From contig NC_092680.1 of the NCBI RefSeq assembly GCF_964355755.1, forward strand, positions 5,890,001 through 5,954,000: DNA of 64,000 nucleotides. Direction: 5' to 3'. The stretch comes from Antedon mediterranea. Its lineage: Eukaryota; Animalia; Echinodermata. Shown in pieces: positions 25,101-39,849 of this stretch. Made by a program: the position numbers and the translations under genes. The notes beneath the pieces are model-generated. The model searched no databases. It was not told the DNA's origin and saw only the letters and a program-made list of their open reading frames with translations. Numbering within the stretch: position 1 is the stretch's first letter; each line of letters starts with the position of its first letter.

Positions 25101-28100
25101 GTCCAAATCTGTAAATATTTATCATAACATATAGGCCTATGTATGTTTTCATTATATTGCTATTTTTATTATTTCCATATGTATCGTCATTGAATCGAGA
25201 CGCCGGGAGGTTAAGGCAGGGCGTCGCAAAACCGAAGCCATATAAGATCGGCACAGTTTCGAGGCTCTTCTCGACCATAGTTCTGGTGGTCAAGCCAAGC
25301 TTAAGCTACAACTCCACCACAAAGAAAATCATATTTATTTCACCAGTTAATGTGTAATCTTTACCAACCGTCCACAACATAATCGCATGCTGCGTATAAC
25401 TTACCAACGCAGTAAGGTGAAAGACCAGCTCTATATTTGGTTTTGTCGAACATAAAGCCAGAGTAGCAGGTGCACAATACCCGTCCAAAGTTATTCGTGC
25501 ATTGCTGCTCACACGGTGTATCAGCACAGACGTCCATCTCTAAGAACATAATAAAATCAACTCTATAATGAAAAAGTTTATACGACCAAGTGCAAATATG
25601 GCATCTTCAGGCGAAAGATGGCACTAGGGGGCCTACTGAAAAGAGTGGACGTAAAAGAACCAATGTAGGCCTTTTGCGTATACAGTAGGCCTAGTCAGTA
25701 GACGAGATGCCCCGCAGTTTATTTCTCTAGATATTAGTACCATACGCGAATTGAGTGGCATTTGTCTTTACGGTCTTTCTCTATATACCATTCACAGCAA
25801 GTTCTTTTTGGATCCTAAACCACTGGTGAAATGGTATTCAATATGTAGCAGTATCTTTATTATATATTTATTATGTTTTATCATGAGTACAATATGATAG
25901 AAGAAATATTTCTGCGATTAATAAAGACCATTCTAATACTAATAGTTTGATATCTTGAATGACATTTCTACATTGTCTACAGAGTCTTTTGAAAATAAAA
26001 AGGGCATCGTAGGCCTTAACATGCGTATGCAATGCTTAATATAAAACTTTCAATACACAGAATGATTCTTTGACTAACGATAAACATACTGACCATACGT
26101 CAATCATACCTTCTGGGATGCAATGTCCGTTAACATATTGGTACCCGGCACAACAGCGCTTTCTAAAAAAGAGTACAGATTTATGCAGTGTCTCATTATA
26201 ATACAGTATACAGTAATATGGTTACAGTTATTTTCCATCATGTCTTTAACTCTGTAACACAACTCTTCCATACGATTATATAGCGCAGTAATGTGCAACA
26301 TGTGTTACGCCCACTGGACCAATTGTGTCTTATGAATAAGGGTTGTCCATAGTGTTAATAATAATAATAATAATAGGATTTTTATAGCGCACATACCACT
26401 CAAGAGTGCTCAAGGCGCATTTAAAAAAAAAATAAAAACAAATCATACAAATGCCTGACAAATAAAATGCAATTTCTTTGTGTTAAAACATATATCATGT
26501 TCCTTTAATGTGTGTCTATAATTTCACGAGTTTAAATGTTAATATTTTAAATTTTATTGCGTACAGTATTGCAATGTATAAAATGTATACTGAAATACAA
26601 CACAATTTATACTCTTTCTACTTACCTTACGCATCTGTCAATTCTTCCGTCTGAACGGGGACAAGGATAAAATGTCGAAATTATTTTACTTCTTGGACAT
26701 ATTTCTGCAAGTTCAGTTCTATAGAGAAATATGAATTGAACATAATTGAAACTAGAAAAGAACAGAGTGTATTTAAAAACCAAACAATGTTTGCAGTTTC
26801 GAACGGGCGCCCCCTTTGGCTATTACATCACAGGGAATTTCCCCTTTTAAGCTATCAATCATTGAGTGGCGTTGGTTTCGTCATCTCTTTAATGGACGGG
26901 ACCAACGATTGTCGATACTTTTTCTCAAACAAATAAACAAACAAATATTATTATTTATCAATGTATGTGCTGGTTCTGTTATATTTGTAAATATGGATCT
27001 GTTGTACAGTAGTACCGTGAATTACCACAAAATCACGACATGTACACATAATTGCGGCTCTATGTAATATATCAATGGCTAGTCTAATTGGGACACTTAT
27101 CTTAATATCAATACGCTAGTAATTCACATTTCCTATTAAAATTATATTTTCACGTTTATAAATACGTATGCGAGGCCTTGAATTTCTTCTTACGGTCACG
27201 GGGAAGGGACATTGTTATCTGGGTCAATTTGATGAAGCGGGCTGTCGGCTAGTCAATCTTTAGCCGGCGGAGTCTATAAACACAGTAATTGCTTATGACA
27301 CTGCTAGCGGCTGTACTAATGCCATTAAAAATAAACATAATCTCTCGACTGTGGTCTACATCCAAAAACATGGCACAAAGGGCTTAGCAAATGTATATAT
27401 TATCCTATGAAAGTTGCTCTAGGGTCATATAAACTAGAACGTTTCCTATCCTCGTTAATAATTCCCTTCAGCAACAGGTCTACAGTAGCACGGCCGTAGT
27501 TTTAGAATCTATAAAATCGGTTTTATGATATAATCTATGGGTCATTCGGTCATGTGGGAGTTTTCGCAGCTTTCTGTTGTCTTCGGTGGCTGGTACTTTA
27601 TCATTTATGATATTTTATAATATTAATACAATAGTAGTCTATATTATTTTGTATTGCGATGATAATCAAATGATTGGAGGAAATGTGGTCTCCATAGGAG
27701 GGAGTGTGCACCTGCAAGATCACGACTTTAGTGGTACTGTACCGTAATAATCAAAACAGTAGGCCTAGTGACAAATAACAAGTGTATATGTTGACACATC
27801 TAGGCCTAACATTTTATACTCTTTTTAACAAAGGTAATATTATAATTGGTTGGTGTTGATTCTAAATCCATTATTTTTGTACAAAATGATTATAATCATT
27901 GAACGTTGATATTGAAATATGATTTTTAGATTCAGTTATGTGACGTCATGTCTACTCTTCCAATGTATAATCCCATATACATTAATATCTAGGGTTGCAA
28001 ATAATTCAATTCGTGTACGCCTATTGGAATTGCAATACTACGCTTGCTCTGTCTAAACATTATCAAACTAGTTTGACAAAAAAAAAAAAGTGTGATGTGC

Positions 28101-29982
28101 CCATACTGTATATGGTAGTGATATACCCAAATATGGTAGTGATATGACATCATCTTGTCCATATTATGGGCACATCACATTTGTTTGGCACATCAAGTTT
28201 GATAGTGTAGATAGAGCTTTGAAAACAAATTATATTCCGACACTTCTGAACATTAATGTGATTAAGCCTATGACTCATTCTTTATTTCGAAAGTGATTAG
28301 GATTGGAAACCCTTCTTTCCATTTAGTCTACGGTTTATATTGTCAATATTAACCTTGGTTCCTACTAGGACGCAAAGAAAGGGCGTAAGAGCAACGCAAC
28401 CCAATTGACCACCAATGACAAGCGACAGTACGGATAATCCATCGCCTGTGATTGCTCAAGTTACTAAAGCTTGGTTCCCACTAGTACGTAACGCAAGGAC
28501 GTAAACGCAACGCAAGCGTTTTAACCAATGACAGGCGAAGTTATAGACCGTTAGCGATCACAAGCGAATAAGCCATCGCTTGTGATTGGTCAATTCACTT
28601 GCGTTGCGTTACGTCCCTGTGTTGCGTCGCTAGTGGGAACCACGCTTTACGTTGCGCTTACGTCCTTACGTTGTGTCCTAGCACTGAACCAAATTTTACA
28701 GCAGAAACCTTTACTTTATTTTCACATAGGCCCACAGACAATAATTCTAATAGACCCGGAGACGAGAATTAATACGTTGTAGGGATACATTTGTGTAACC
28801 TCGAGACTTTTATTCTACTTTTTAATTACCTGTGCAAAAGTGTGTAGAAATACCAAGGTTGACAGTCGAGCATTTAGATCCTTGAAATTGCCCATTCATT
28901 CATAAAATATTAATTTAAAGGAAAGCCTCGCGCGATTGCAAAGTTTCATCAACTCAGCATGACCTACAGTAAGAGCATACGTCTTATCAACGGAACACAC
29001 ATTGATGCAACAACATATTTCAACAATATTCTCAGCGTTCCCGGTTGACCTGAACATTTTCGTATTAATACACCAGTTTATTGTTTTAAATGCCTTGATG
29101 AATTCTAAATGACCTAACGTACCTTTGCCTGGGCACTGCTAATGTTAAAATAATGTTAGCCATGAATGTATCGTACTGATTGAGAACCTATCACAGAGAG
29201 ACACGGAATGGTACAATGTAATGTGTTAATCTGTTTTAATGTATGGCTTATGTTTACAACACATTGCCTAATGAAATAACTTAATTATTAGTCAAAGAGC
29301 ATTGTCCTCTATTAATTTTACTATACTTCCAATATTATGTCATATCATTCTATATTAATTATTATCAATGAATATCCAATAATAAGTAATGCGAATGTTT
29401 GTTTGGGTTATTTAGTATTTTTGGTAGAAAAATACGAAGGTATTACACAATAATACACTATTTTACTTTAAAAACACCTTCCTTTTAGTTTTATGTACTG
29501 TTATTTCTAACAACAAATATTTTGTATTGAATTGAACATTATCTTTTTTAATAGGTCCATGATGTGTACTGTCACTAGATTATTTTAAAATGTATACAAC
29601 ATACATAATATTTTTACTTATTGATATTTTCGTGACCTACTGACCAACCCATGAACCTACAGTACTACATTATTTGGCTTCGTTTATTTGGATTGATGCC
29701 GATCAACGCCAACGTAGTTTTTGGATACCTGTTGTCTGTCTGCTGATAATGAACAATACGGTAGCTGTTCTGTTACATAAAACCTATGGGAAATCGTGTA
29801 CATCAGGGTGGGGGTGGGTCTTACCCACCGTGCCCGAGCGTTGTTCATGAACACAATTTACCTGCATAATGTTAGTAAATAATGATAAATATAAGTACTT
29901 ACTTTGCTTGAACGCCCTCTGAAATTAAATCGAAAAATAGAGTTGAAAGAAAAACAAATATCCAATATGTAAACATCATCAT
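22151..29982 (-). CDS. CCBE1: Collagen and calcium-binding EGF domain-containing protein 1 orthologue, 10 coding exons
   Basis: Exons (approx.): 29982-29903 signal peptide [26 protein letters not shown]; 26718-26626 [15 protein letters not shown]; 26163-26110 [17 protein letters not shown]; 25539-25405 [30 protein letters not shown]; 25108-24980 cb[20 protein letters not shown]; 24503-24405; 24102-23632 Gly-X-Y collagen; 23211-23176; 22478-22443; 22348-22151 [25 protein letters not shown]. From recall these closely match vertebrate CCBE1 ([24 protein letters not shown]; LADIRNDITELQ). Confidence 0.93.
22833..23046. mobile_element. Family-A-type MITE (second subtype, related to 20934-21121)
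   Basis: agcgtggttcccactag ... ctagtgggaaccgagct termini; the internal sequence is the reverse complement of 20934-21121. Confidence 0.8.
23286..23490. mobile_element. Family-C MITE
   Basis: aggccaactcaaacag ... ctgtctaagttggcct with TAA/TAA flanks. Confidence 0.78.
24674..24859. mobile_element. Fold-back palindromic element (probable MITE) in a CCBE1 intron
   Basis: tgttgatataagtttgcggtacaccacg ... cgtggtgtaccgcaaactttatatcaaca, with pairing continuing inward (ctgaaaagaactgtt / aacagttcttttcag; ttgatcaatat / atattgatcaa). Confidence 0.7.
28045..28219. mobile_element. Family-B MITE
   Basis: TIRs and core as above. Confidence 0.78.
28352..28694. mobile_element. Family-A MITE (28468-28646) nested in an older relative
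   Basis: An intact 180-bp copy sits inside degenerate ccttggttcctactag ... ctagcactgaacca termini. Confidence 0.8.
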
Positions 29983-30717
29983 AATAAATGAATTAATAAT
30001 CCTCTAAAAACAGCTTTTATAAAAATATTGAATTGCATAGGGGCGGGACACCGTGTTCACAGCGACTACTGAATTGGCTCGGATACGCTCACCGTAAAAT
30101 GACCGATGTTTTAAAAACTGTTAAATCACGGCTGTTCATTGTAAAAATGCTGAATGAGCCAATAAACGCGAAGCATTTGCTCTTTCAACTGGGATTATAA
30201 AAGTGAAATATTCTTCAAACATTTCTAAGGCATGACCCCCACGGTCCTCGGATCGCGACTGAGTATTCACCAAGATACAGGTTACTAATAATACGGCGGC
30301 CGGGACAATGTCACAGGAGGAATAAAGCAATTGTTCAAAATATCAATCATTTTCCGATTTTCCACCTGCTCGTCTTCACAAAGTGAGGATATAAGAGCAT
30401 CCGAATATTAATGTCTGGTCACATGACCTATCTTGTGTGGTTAATAACTATACTTTGAAATCCAATGTTTTCAGTGCCGAAATGAAATTATATCGACATC
30501 GTAATTTAATAATTGGAATTATCCGATACAAATTTAATAAAATTTAATTTATAATTCAGTCATACAGAAATTGAAACATCTAGTACAAAACTAATTCAAA
30601 AGTACGGTTTTTTTAGGATGAATAAATATTTAGTTGTCTCATAAAACAGGAGCAGCACCTGTTCGATTCATGCCTGTGTCAAAGCACACCCACAATTATA
30701 AACGGTACGGGCTAGCT

Positions 30718-30785
30718 TGAGGGGTAATTAAGTACTGAGGGGTAATTAAGTACTGAGGTGTAATTAAGTACTGAGGTGTTAGTGC
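30718..30785. repeat. ~3.7 x 18-bp tandem repeat (tgagg(g/t)gtaattaagtac)
   Basis: Direct reading of the units. Confidence 0.9.
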
Positions 30786-31788
30786 TGAAAAAAAGTCAGT
30801 GTTTAATTATTTCGATGGATGATGAGTGCAGGTTACACATGCGCCGATTACTTTGTGTAAGACTGCCATGCTTCTTGCACTACTGTGAGCTTCATTTAAA
30901 AATGTTACAAAGACAAAGGAGAAAAATGTTTGGTGGTTGATTAGAGTTTAGTTAATTATCAGTCAGTTGATTGGTGTGTTTGTTGAGTTGGCTGAGTGGG
31001 TGATTGGTTGATTCTGATTGGTTGTGAAACTTTAGGCCTATAGAAACGTGTTGTAGCGCAATCTTGCATCTTTTTTTACATCTTTTACATACGTTAATTT
31101 ATGGAACTAAAAGTAGTTTCTTGATAACCAAACTTTAGTATACAGTACATCCAAATGTTGTTGAAAAGGAACCTATGCAAAAATGTCGTCTGTTCTAAAA
31201 CCCTCAAGGCGTCGACGTATCCTCATCACAAGTGTTTAGTACACGGTCAATTGTTCCGACACATGAGGGTTACGCCAAATTTGATTACATCTGCGGTTGG
31301 TATTTTGAAGTAGGCCTATGTAACAAGCTCGATCATTCATACCATTAACAAAACTGCGGTCGTGAAAATAGACAAAAAATCATTGGAGCTGAAGCAAATG
31401 ATGTGGTTTCTATGTCTCCAAAGTCGGCGAAACAAAGCGTATACATATGTCAGTCTAAATTTTCATTTATTCATTTATGGTTAATTTAAATATATATATA
31501 AAAATGCAATGTCATCGTCGGGTAACCGTATTGCTCTTTAAGAATGGGGCCGGATTTATTTCAACTTTCATATCGCCCTAAGAAAGCAAGTTTGTCAGAT
31601 CCTAAATCTGACAAATCAGTAGAATGAAAATAACCAGGTTATAAAGTTTTAGTTTTTTTTTGGTTAGCCATCAATTGACCATCTCTGGACAAGACACTGT
31701 CAAGATATTGATAAGATTCTGCTTAATGTCGTCCAGTGGTCAGAATTACTCAGTTTTATCAATTTCTTGGAAATATATACATGACTAA

Positions 31789-31940
31789 AACTCTGTCTAC
31801 ACTATCAAACTTTGTAACAAAACAATGTGATGTGCCCATATATGGACATGATGATGTCATATCACTACCATATGTGGTCATATTATTACCATATTTGGGC
31901 ACATTTTTTGTGTCAAACTAGTTTGATAGTGCAGCTAGCT
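31789..31940. mobile_element. Family-B MITE
   Basis: TIRs and core as above. Confidence 0.78.
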
Positions 31941-34049
31941 TAAAAAAAGAAAAATAATGAACTGTATGGATGATGACACCATATGAAAGTAAAGATAATA
32001 GTCTACTGTAGGGCCTATGTGGAAATAATAATGATAACACCAGCAATTTATCTATTTCCTAAGATAATCGATGTTACTCTAACATACAGATCCAAGATTC
32101 ACCTACATGGTAGGCCTATCATAAAGTGTATTTAAACTTTCTTAACACATATTATTTGAACATAATATGAAAATATAATTGTGAAACATGATGCGCATGT
32201 CTGTATCAGAGACTGTACAAATTGAAGCTGTACAAACAATTTGGTGTTGATATATAATTTATTTATATTCATATTTTTAGTATAATATTTTAACAATTGC
32301 TTTTCTCTATGTTTTATAAATTATGTTTATATTACAGTCTTATTGTAAAGTACATAATACCATAAATTAAAAGACAGATAATACAACAGATAACAATAGT
32401 ATTTATTTCTATTCATTAGTATAATATAACTTGCTTTTCTATATAATGATATAATTAAGTCTTATAAATTCTGTATATATAATGTTATATATTACAGTAT
32501 ATTCTTATTGTAAATAAAATCGGTATAAAATTGGAGCAGTTTAAGGAAAACAACAAGAAACATGTGACTAGGCTTACACCAATGAGTTCAACGACTCACA
32601 GGGCATATCCAGAGTTTTGTTGAAAGAAGAGGGGGAGTTCTTATAGGAAAAATTGGTTGCCAGTATCTCAAATAAAATTAAGGTATTTTCTGAATAACTA
32701 GAGCTGTAAGTACACGAGGTCAACAAAACTTCACATCTTAAAACAAGCCAAGATCTTAGGAGCAATAAGATTGTCACCAGTTTTGCTGTCTTGATCCTGC
32801 TCTATGCTTTTGGTGGTAGAACAAGTCTTCTCAGATAATGACAATTAACCTGTCCCAGTGTAAACAATTTTGAGCACAAAAATCGGTACATCTTTTGAGG
32901 TGGTTACCCTGGTTCACACCGCCTGTTGTGGGTATATGACAGAGTGCCTGTTAAATGGCTGCAGGACATGACGTGAAAAGAGGCGAACAGAAAGAGTAAT
33001 TATTGTTTGGTTTCAGATCAGACAACAATTCAATCTGGTTAAATTCTGAACATGTATATACGGGCCCCAATCAGGACATTGCTAATTATGTCAACATATT
33101 ACACTTATGTGATACAATTCACACTCTATTGCTTTCCAAGTTCAGGTGCTACACTGTGAAATGTAAACTGTCTATGTAGACTCCTTATCAATGTATTCTG
33201 CATATATTATCATTTGCGGTCCTTATGAATGCACTGAAATTAATAACATTTAAATTATTTAAAATAGAAAAGGTTACCATAAAAAAATAAAAAAAAAAAT
33301 CCCCAAAAAAGGACTTTTTTAAAGGAGATTTAATTATGTAAGTTACAGTAATGTTAAATTATGTAAAAAACACATATTTCCACAACCTTGTTGTTGAAGG
33401 ATAGCTATTACTACATAGTTATATAAATAGTATTTATTTGGTCACCACTAACCAGGAGTGAGAATAGCTTAAACATATTCTACACTCACTTAATATAAAG
33501 TACAGTATACACAAAAACCTGCGTGTGTGTGTGAAGGAATGAATACTGTTTGATATCATTGTATAGGTTCTAACATAAAACATTTTTAAAATGGTGTGAA
33601 ACATTGCGTTGTTCTATGATTTTACCAAATTAATATGGGTTGAATTTTAGTGTCAGCTTAGATTATGAAACTAGATGTGTAGTAGCGTAGACAATCCGTC
33701 CCGTGAGATTCTCCCATGTGTGAAACTTTTAGTTTCTTTTTCAAAGTTTTTCTTTTGCCTTTTGATATAGTATGACCCACGTTACTCATGTATGTTGTCG
33801 GCGGAGCGAGGTCACGTTGGTAGCCACTTGGGATGAGCCCCTCGGAATCGATCCTGCTCAACGATTAGTTGATAATGTACAGTACACTACCATTCCATAT
33901 ATGAGTCATAATTACTTTTTTTTTCATGCAGGAATTTCTGTTTATATTTTACGGAGCAGGTTATACCCAATAAAATTGTGTTTAGGGGTAGGATCAACTG
34001 TAGTATACCTTTTGCATGAAGGAGGAGAAAGATACAAGGTAACTAATAG

Positions 34050-34720
34050 TGTTAATCAATCAATCAATCAAAATCAACATTTATTTCCAAAATGGTGGCG
34101 TCACCAAAAAAGCAAAAGCTTGTGCCAGGGACACCAAAACAAAACATTCAAAAGCAAACAAAACATATAAATAAGACACAAAAATGAAAATAACAATAAA
34201 ACTAGAGTCTGAATAAAAATATAAAATGGGTACTGGGAAATTAAAAATATATAAAGAAGATATATTGAAGAAATATCAAGGCTCAAAATAACTATATTAA
34301 TTAATACTAAAAAAAGGTAGTAGCTTCTTAGGTTTAGTCTTCCACCCACTTCCTTAATGATAGAAAACCCGGACATAACCCAAAAATACTTTTTCTTCAT
34401 GTACTACATAAACGACACCATACATAGTTTATTATTCTCCATTATAAATAACTTATAAATTCAACTGGATGAAAAGTAAATTATAGTATAAAAAAGGATT
34501 TAGTATTAAGATTAGTACATATTTAAAATTATCTAAAGATCATGTCAGGATTAACAACCATTATATGAAAGAAAAAATAAGACTCCTGCTGAGAGGATTA
34601 TTGTCCAATGATATAACTCATAATACTTAAATCATAAGAATATTCAATGGTGTCTTAAAACAAAAATAGATAGAGAAGTGTGTACTGGGCTAGTGGGAAA
34701 ATTTTAGAAAATGGGACAGA
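34050..34720 (-). mobile_element. Probable 3' remnant of a non-LTR retrotransposon
   Basis: The minus strand ends in aataaa plus a (TTGA)n tail, preceded by AT-rich decayed ORF-like sequence. The family is not resolved. Confidence 0.35.
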
Positions 34721-34797
34721 ATTTAGAGAGTGCCGGGTAGGATAGAGAAAGTAATTGGTTTGCATGTTTAATTGTTGGACTCAACCCGAATTACTTA

Positions 34798-34953
34798 AGC
34801 TATGTCTACACTATCAAACTAGTTTGACAAAACAAGTGTGATGTGCCCAAATATGATAGTGATATGGTTAAATATGGTAATATGATATCATCATGTCCAT
34901 ATACTGTATGGCAACATCACATTTTTTGTCACATAAAGTTTGTAGACAGAGCT
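34798..34953. mobile_element. Family-B MITE
   Basis: TIRs and core as above. Confidence 0.78.
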
Positions 34954-35104
34954 TTCAAATGAATTCCAGAATTTTTTGGAGGAAGCAGACCATCCACTCT
35001 ACTTAAAAATTATGGGTGCCATAAAAAATGAATGAATGTAAGATATGTTTTTCTGGCACACATGACCAATCTTACTTCCATTTTTTGGAAAATAAAGGAA
35101 TTAT

Positions 35105-35172
35105 AACGTCCATGTTGCACCACTTGCGCGGCAGATAACCAAACTCGTCAAAGTGATGAGTTTCATGTCTAG
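35105..35172 (+). mobile_element. Isolated 3' terminus of the same Helentron-type family
   Basis: gataaccaaactcgtcaaagtgatgagtttcatgtctag. Confidence 0.65.
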
Positions 35173-38100
35173 TATTGTTTAGTGTGTATACAACCTATGC
35201 CTGAATTATTTAAATTACATTTCAAATACAGGGGTGTATGTAGGCCTACCAGACATTTAACATTAATCGCGACATTAGTACTACATGACTAGTACTACAT
35301 TCTAATTACTGAACATAGATCTTTCCATAGAAACATTAGTCACATGACATGACCAATGTCATGCCCAAGGGATGAAGCACTACCAACCTCATGTCATAAC
35401 TATTTAAATACAGTTCACAAACTTAAATTATGACATATGTATGACATTAATAATAATTATTACAACAGCACTTTTAAGTGCTTTATTTTTCTCTTGAATT
35501 GGAGACTCCAAGATTTAATGTATAAAACCAGAAAACGTGACATGTTGTCGTCTGTAAAGTTATACGTTGAAAGTTAACTGAGATAAAGCATAGCTGATGA
35601 CAAGATTTTTAATTTAAAACATTTAATTTTTAGATTGATAAAGACCTTGTAATATCAATCATAACTCAGCTATATGATTGACAGTTCCCCATCCAGTCTA
35701 CCCGCTAGGTTTGTAATACTACTGTGTTAATACCCTATAGTTTTTTCCTATCTTGGTTCCCACTAGGATGTGAATTGAGGAATAAAAAGTGATGGATTAT
35801 TCCAAATTGCGATTAGTCAATTTGCTTGCATTGCAGCTTATGCCATTGCATTGTGTCCTAGTGGAAACCAAGATTTAGAGTACAATAGAACCTCTCTTTT
35901 GGAACAGAACTAAGCAGGGGACATCCCTATTAATGTGACAGTCCAATTAAGAGGACAAAGAAAGAGTGGGAAATAAATGTTGTAACAGCCAACTTCTATT
36001 CAGGGGACATCAGTCATACTGTATTTCATATGAAGAATTTTTCTTGGAGGCACAAGCAATATCAAACAGAAAACTGTTCTTACTCCAAAAAGTCACAGAA
36101 ACTAGGTCTTGGGTATTCAAAGTTTTTTTCTGGTTATTTTTATTATATAATTTGATATTAACAGTCAATTTGAAATATAACTATGCCGAACGGAAGAACA
36201 AATTAAATTACACATTCATATTAGTACCATCTCTCGGCCTTCTCTTGGGAATACAAACTGGCATTATGCCATTCCTAACTAAATATTTAAGTATGCCTAA
36301 TTAAGTCCACTATATTTCTGATATGATAAGTCTATACATATGAATAGAAAATAATTGTTTTACGAAGACAGTATAACTATATTCACATAGACAGTGATAG
36401 TAATAGTTTTGTTTAATATGGAACATATATAAATATTTTTAAATAAAAAAATTAAATTTTTAAATCTATTGTGAGTGTACTATATCACTATGTTTTAAAC
36501 ACTACCCAGACTTTAACAAGAGTGTCATATCAACTAGGCCAGGGAAGTATTAGGATTATGAAACTGGGACAGTCAACAGAGCAGCCAGCAAGGGGGTTAG
36601 GTGTACACATTATAATAAAAAGTGCACAGCTGAACAGGGTCCCACAAATAAGTTCAAATAAAGTTTGAACGGTCACATAGAGAATAGATAGAGTTGTTAT
36701 AATTATATCAAATTCCACATATCTCGGCCATCGCACAAATAAATTATTGAAAATTGACCAATAAAATATCTGGGTTATTAGATATTTTACATCTGGGTCA
36801 ATATTAATAACAAATTATTATTTCTGATTTCAAATCAGTTATAAGTGACCAATCATATTCAGAAATCACTATGTGGAAATTTAGATTAATTAACGATTTA
36901 AGAAGAGATTGTTGATAATTTATACAATAAGTGCCCTTTTAGCTAATGAGAATAAATATTGTTAAATTATATTATTCTATTACTACAGTACTTTCTTTCT
37001 TTTATTTATTCATAAATATAAAGTAAACATTGTAACATAAATAAAACATAATCTATCAAGGAAAGGGCTAAAAAATAGTTTAAAATAATCAAGTTCAGTC
37101 CCTAAACATTGATATATAAATAGTTATAAATAAATTAGGGCTACCTTTCTAAAAATTAAATACATATAACATTTTTTTTAACAAACTTTCTCTAAAATAT
37201 ATATTACTTTTTTTAGGGAGAACTCACGGAAATCCACCCTGCTTGTCAGTGCAAACAGTTGTATTTGCAAAGTTGTCATTTAATAATAGTCAAATGCTCG
37301 AGTCAGGTAGTAAGTTCAAAGGATTTTTCTCAGATATTAGTTAGAATGTAGGACAGAAATGACAATATACGAACATGAACTATGTTTGTACCATCACAGC
37401 TGTAAAAACATATAGCCTGGAAGATCTCCATTGAATGACAGTAACATACTGCATGTTAACTATGGGCCTGTTTGTTAGTAACATTTACCAAGACATGGGC
37501 ACAATAATCATGAACTGTGGTGGGTAGGAACCAACTTACCTAGGTATGAATAAGTTAGTCTAAACAAGCCGTTCAATTATATAAATCATGGGTTTACTCA
37601 TTGTCTATATTCTTTGTTAGTATAAAATGTGATATATTTGTCTGCTACATCACATAAATTATCTAATCTCATCCAAACCACTAAAATAACACTTGTAAAA
37701 CATATGTCTAAAAGTAGTTAAATTAATAATTGTTAAATTGGTATGTTGCTATTAGTTTAAACTTAGTTGAAGAGCATGTTTTATTTATAGAATTATTTAA
37801 TGTATCTATTGTTATTTAGTCGTTCTGTTATTTTTAAATTCCAGAGACACTAGACGGGCTTGTTAAGCCTACTGCATTAAATAATGTAAACAAAAGCAAA
37901 CACTAATATGAAAAAATGAGGTAATTGTGGAACCTATCACAACGAAAATTAACTAGCAAGCATGTGCTTTGCTTTGTGCTCTGCTTTCTTAGAGGTGGGT
38001 ATCTTAGATAAGTGGTTGTATAGACAAAATCATCTACACAGACGTTGAAATATGTACCTGTGAGGTCTGGCTTTTTCATGCCATGCACAAATATACATGC

Positions 38101-39700
38101 ATATGTGTTTAGATTAAATCTTTATTATTTAACCTAAACAAATTCTAACCTTTTGAAAACATTGAAAGGCCAATTTTTTGACAAACAACTGGATTAGGGA
38201 ATTAATTTTTCCAATATAACAATTACACAGGAAACTTTATTTTGTTCAGTATTAAGATTTTAACAGGCTGGGTTTAATTTGTAAAGGTCTTACACTGTAG
38301 CTTTACATAAATACCTAGGGAATTCGATATTCTAAATCTAGATATCATAGTATGTTTATTTCCTTCGGCCACGGGGTTACCTTGTACGCGCATGGTGAAA
38401 AGTCAAAACGTCAGATTTGTATCTATCATGGTTAACATTACATTCACTTCCTGAGTATCAATGACTATTTTAAAGCAGATAATATTACAATGGTTATTTT
38501 AAAACAATGGTTATTTACATCAACAAATTAATTCAATTTTAAATAAAAACGATGCCAAAAAGGAGGACTCCTTAATTGTAAACCGATTCTTAGGTGTTAC
38601 TGATTAATTGGATCATTCGGATTAGTTTTTATTGAATTTTTTTTTATATAGAAATTTGTAATACAAACAAAGTTTGTTAGATTCAAAACAATTTCTGTTA
38701 AATTTTAAAGAAATTAGACATTTTAAAAAATAAAATAAAATACTCTAGGAACGTGTAATGCACTTTCAGATATCAATTGAACAGATGATCAGTGCACTTC
38801 ATAAGTTGTTGCTTGATATATTCCAAATGATGTGGAAAATTTGTCACCTTAAAATGCACCCATATCACACCGTGTGCACCCTTCAGAGGAACACCCATAT
38901 TGTTTATTGGTGAAAGGCTTCAAAGGGGCAACAATGCGATCCTATGGCAATATAAAAGTAGCTATCAACTTTCAAGTTCATTTACAAATTGTACTTTTAC
39001 ATTGAAATAGATAAAAAATTTCTTGAATGGGAAGTTAAAAAAAAACTTTGATTATAATAATATTATATAAAAAAAATAAAATAAAAACAATTACAAATAC
39101 ATTTGACAGAACCCTATGGAAAGTAATTACAAATTCGGAAATGGATAAAAAAAAAACAGATGTGAATAACTTCTGACTTCTGCTTTTGATTAAAAATATA
39201 CCAGCGAGGTATCCTGACAATAAAGTATGGTAGTTATCATTTCATAAATACAACACAATTTAACTTGTACGAGGATCAAACAATAAAAGGAATAAAAATT
39301 AAAGTAACCGAACACAGAAAGACCCAAAATAACTGAATGAGTAAATTACAAGGCAACTTGTAAATACAATAACACAAATGCCATCTTACTAATATGTATA
39401 CGTGGTTGGTTAATTTCTATAATTCATAATTTTGCTTGAAGAGGTCGATTTTGTGCAACATGTATTATTTAAAGACACTATCTACCTTATACCCAAATAC
39501 TGTATGCCAGTCACTGATCTCGATTTTTAATAACCCATATTTTACCATTATCTTATATATATTTTATTTTTTAAATAAATAGAGCACTATCAAGCCAGAT
39601 ATAAAACTGATCCAATCCACTTACAATGCTAAGATTTGTATATTCAACATACACCGTTTGGGCATGCATCTGTACATGCATGTACAAAGCTGCTATGCAA

Positions 39701-39849
39701 AGCTCTGTCTACACTATCAAACTTTGTGACAAAAAAAAGTCCATGTATGGACATGATGATGTCATATTTAACTACTATATTAGGCACATCACTACCACAT
39801 TTGGGCACATCACTTTTTTTTTAAACTAGTTTGATAGTGTAGACAGAGC
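39701..39849. mobile_element. Family-B MITE
   Basis: Perfect 23-bp TIRs agctctgtctacactatcaaact / agtttgatagtgtagacagagct. Confidence 0.85.
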
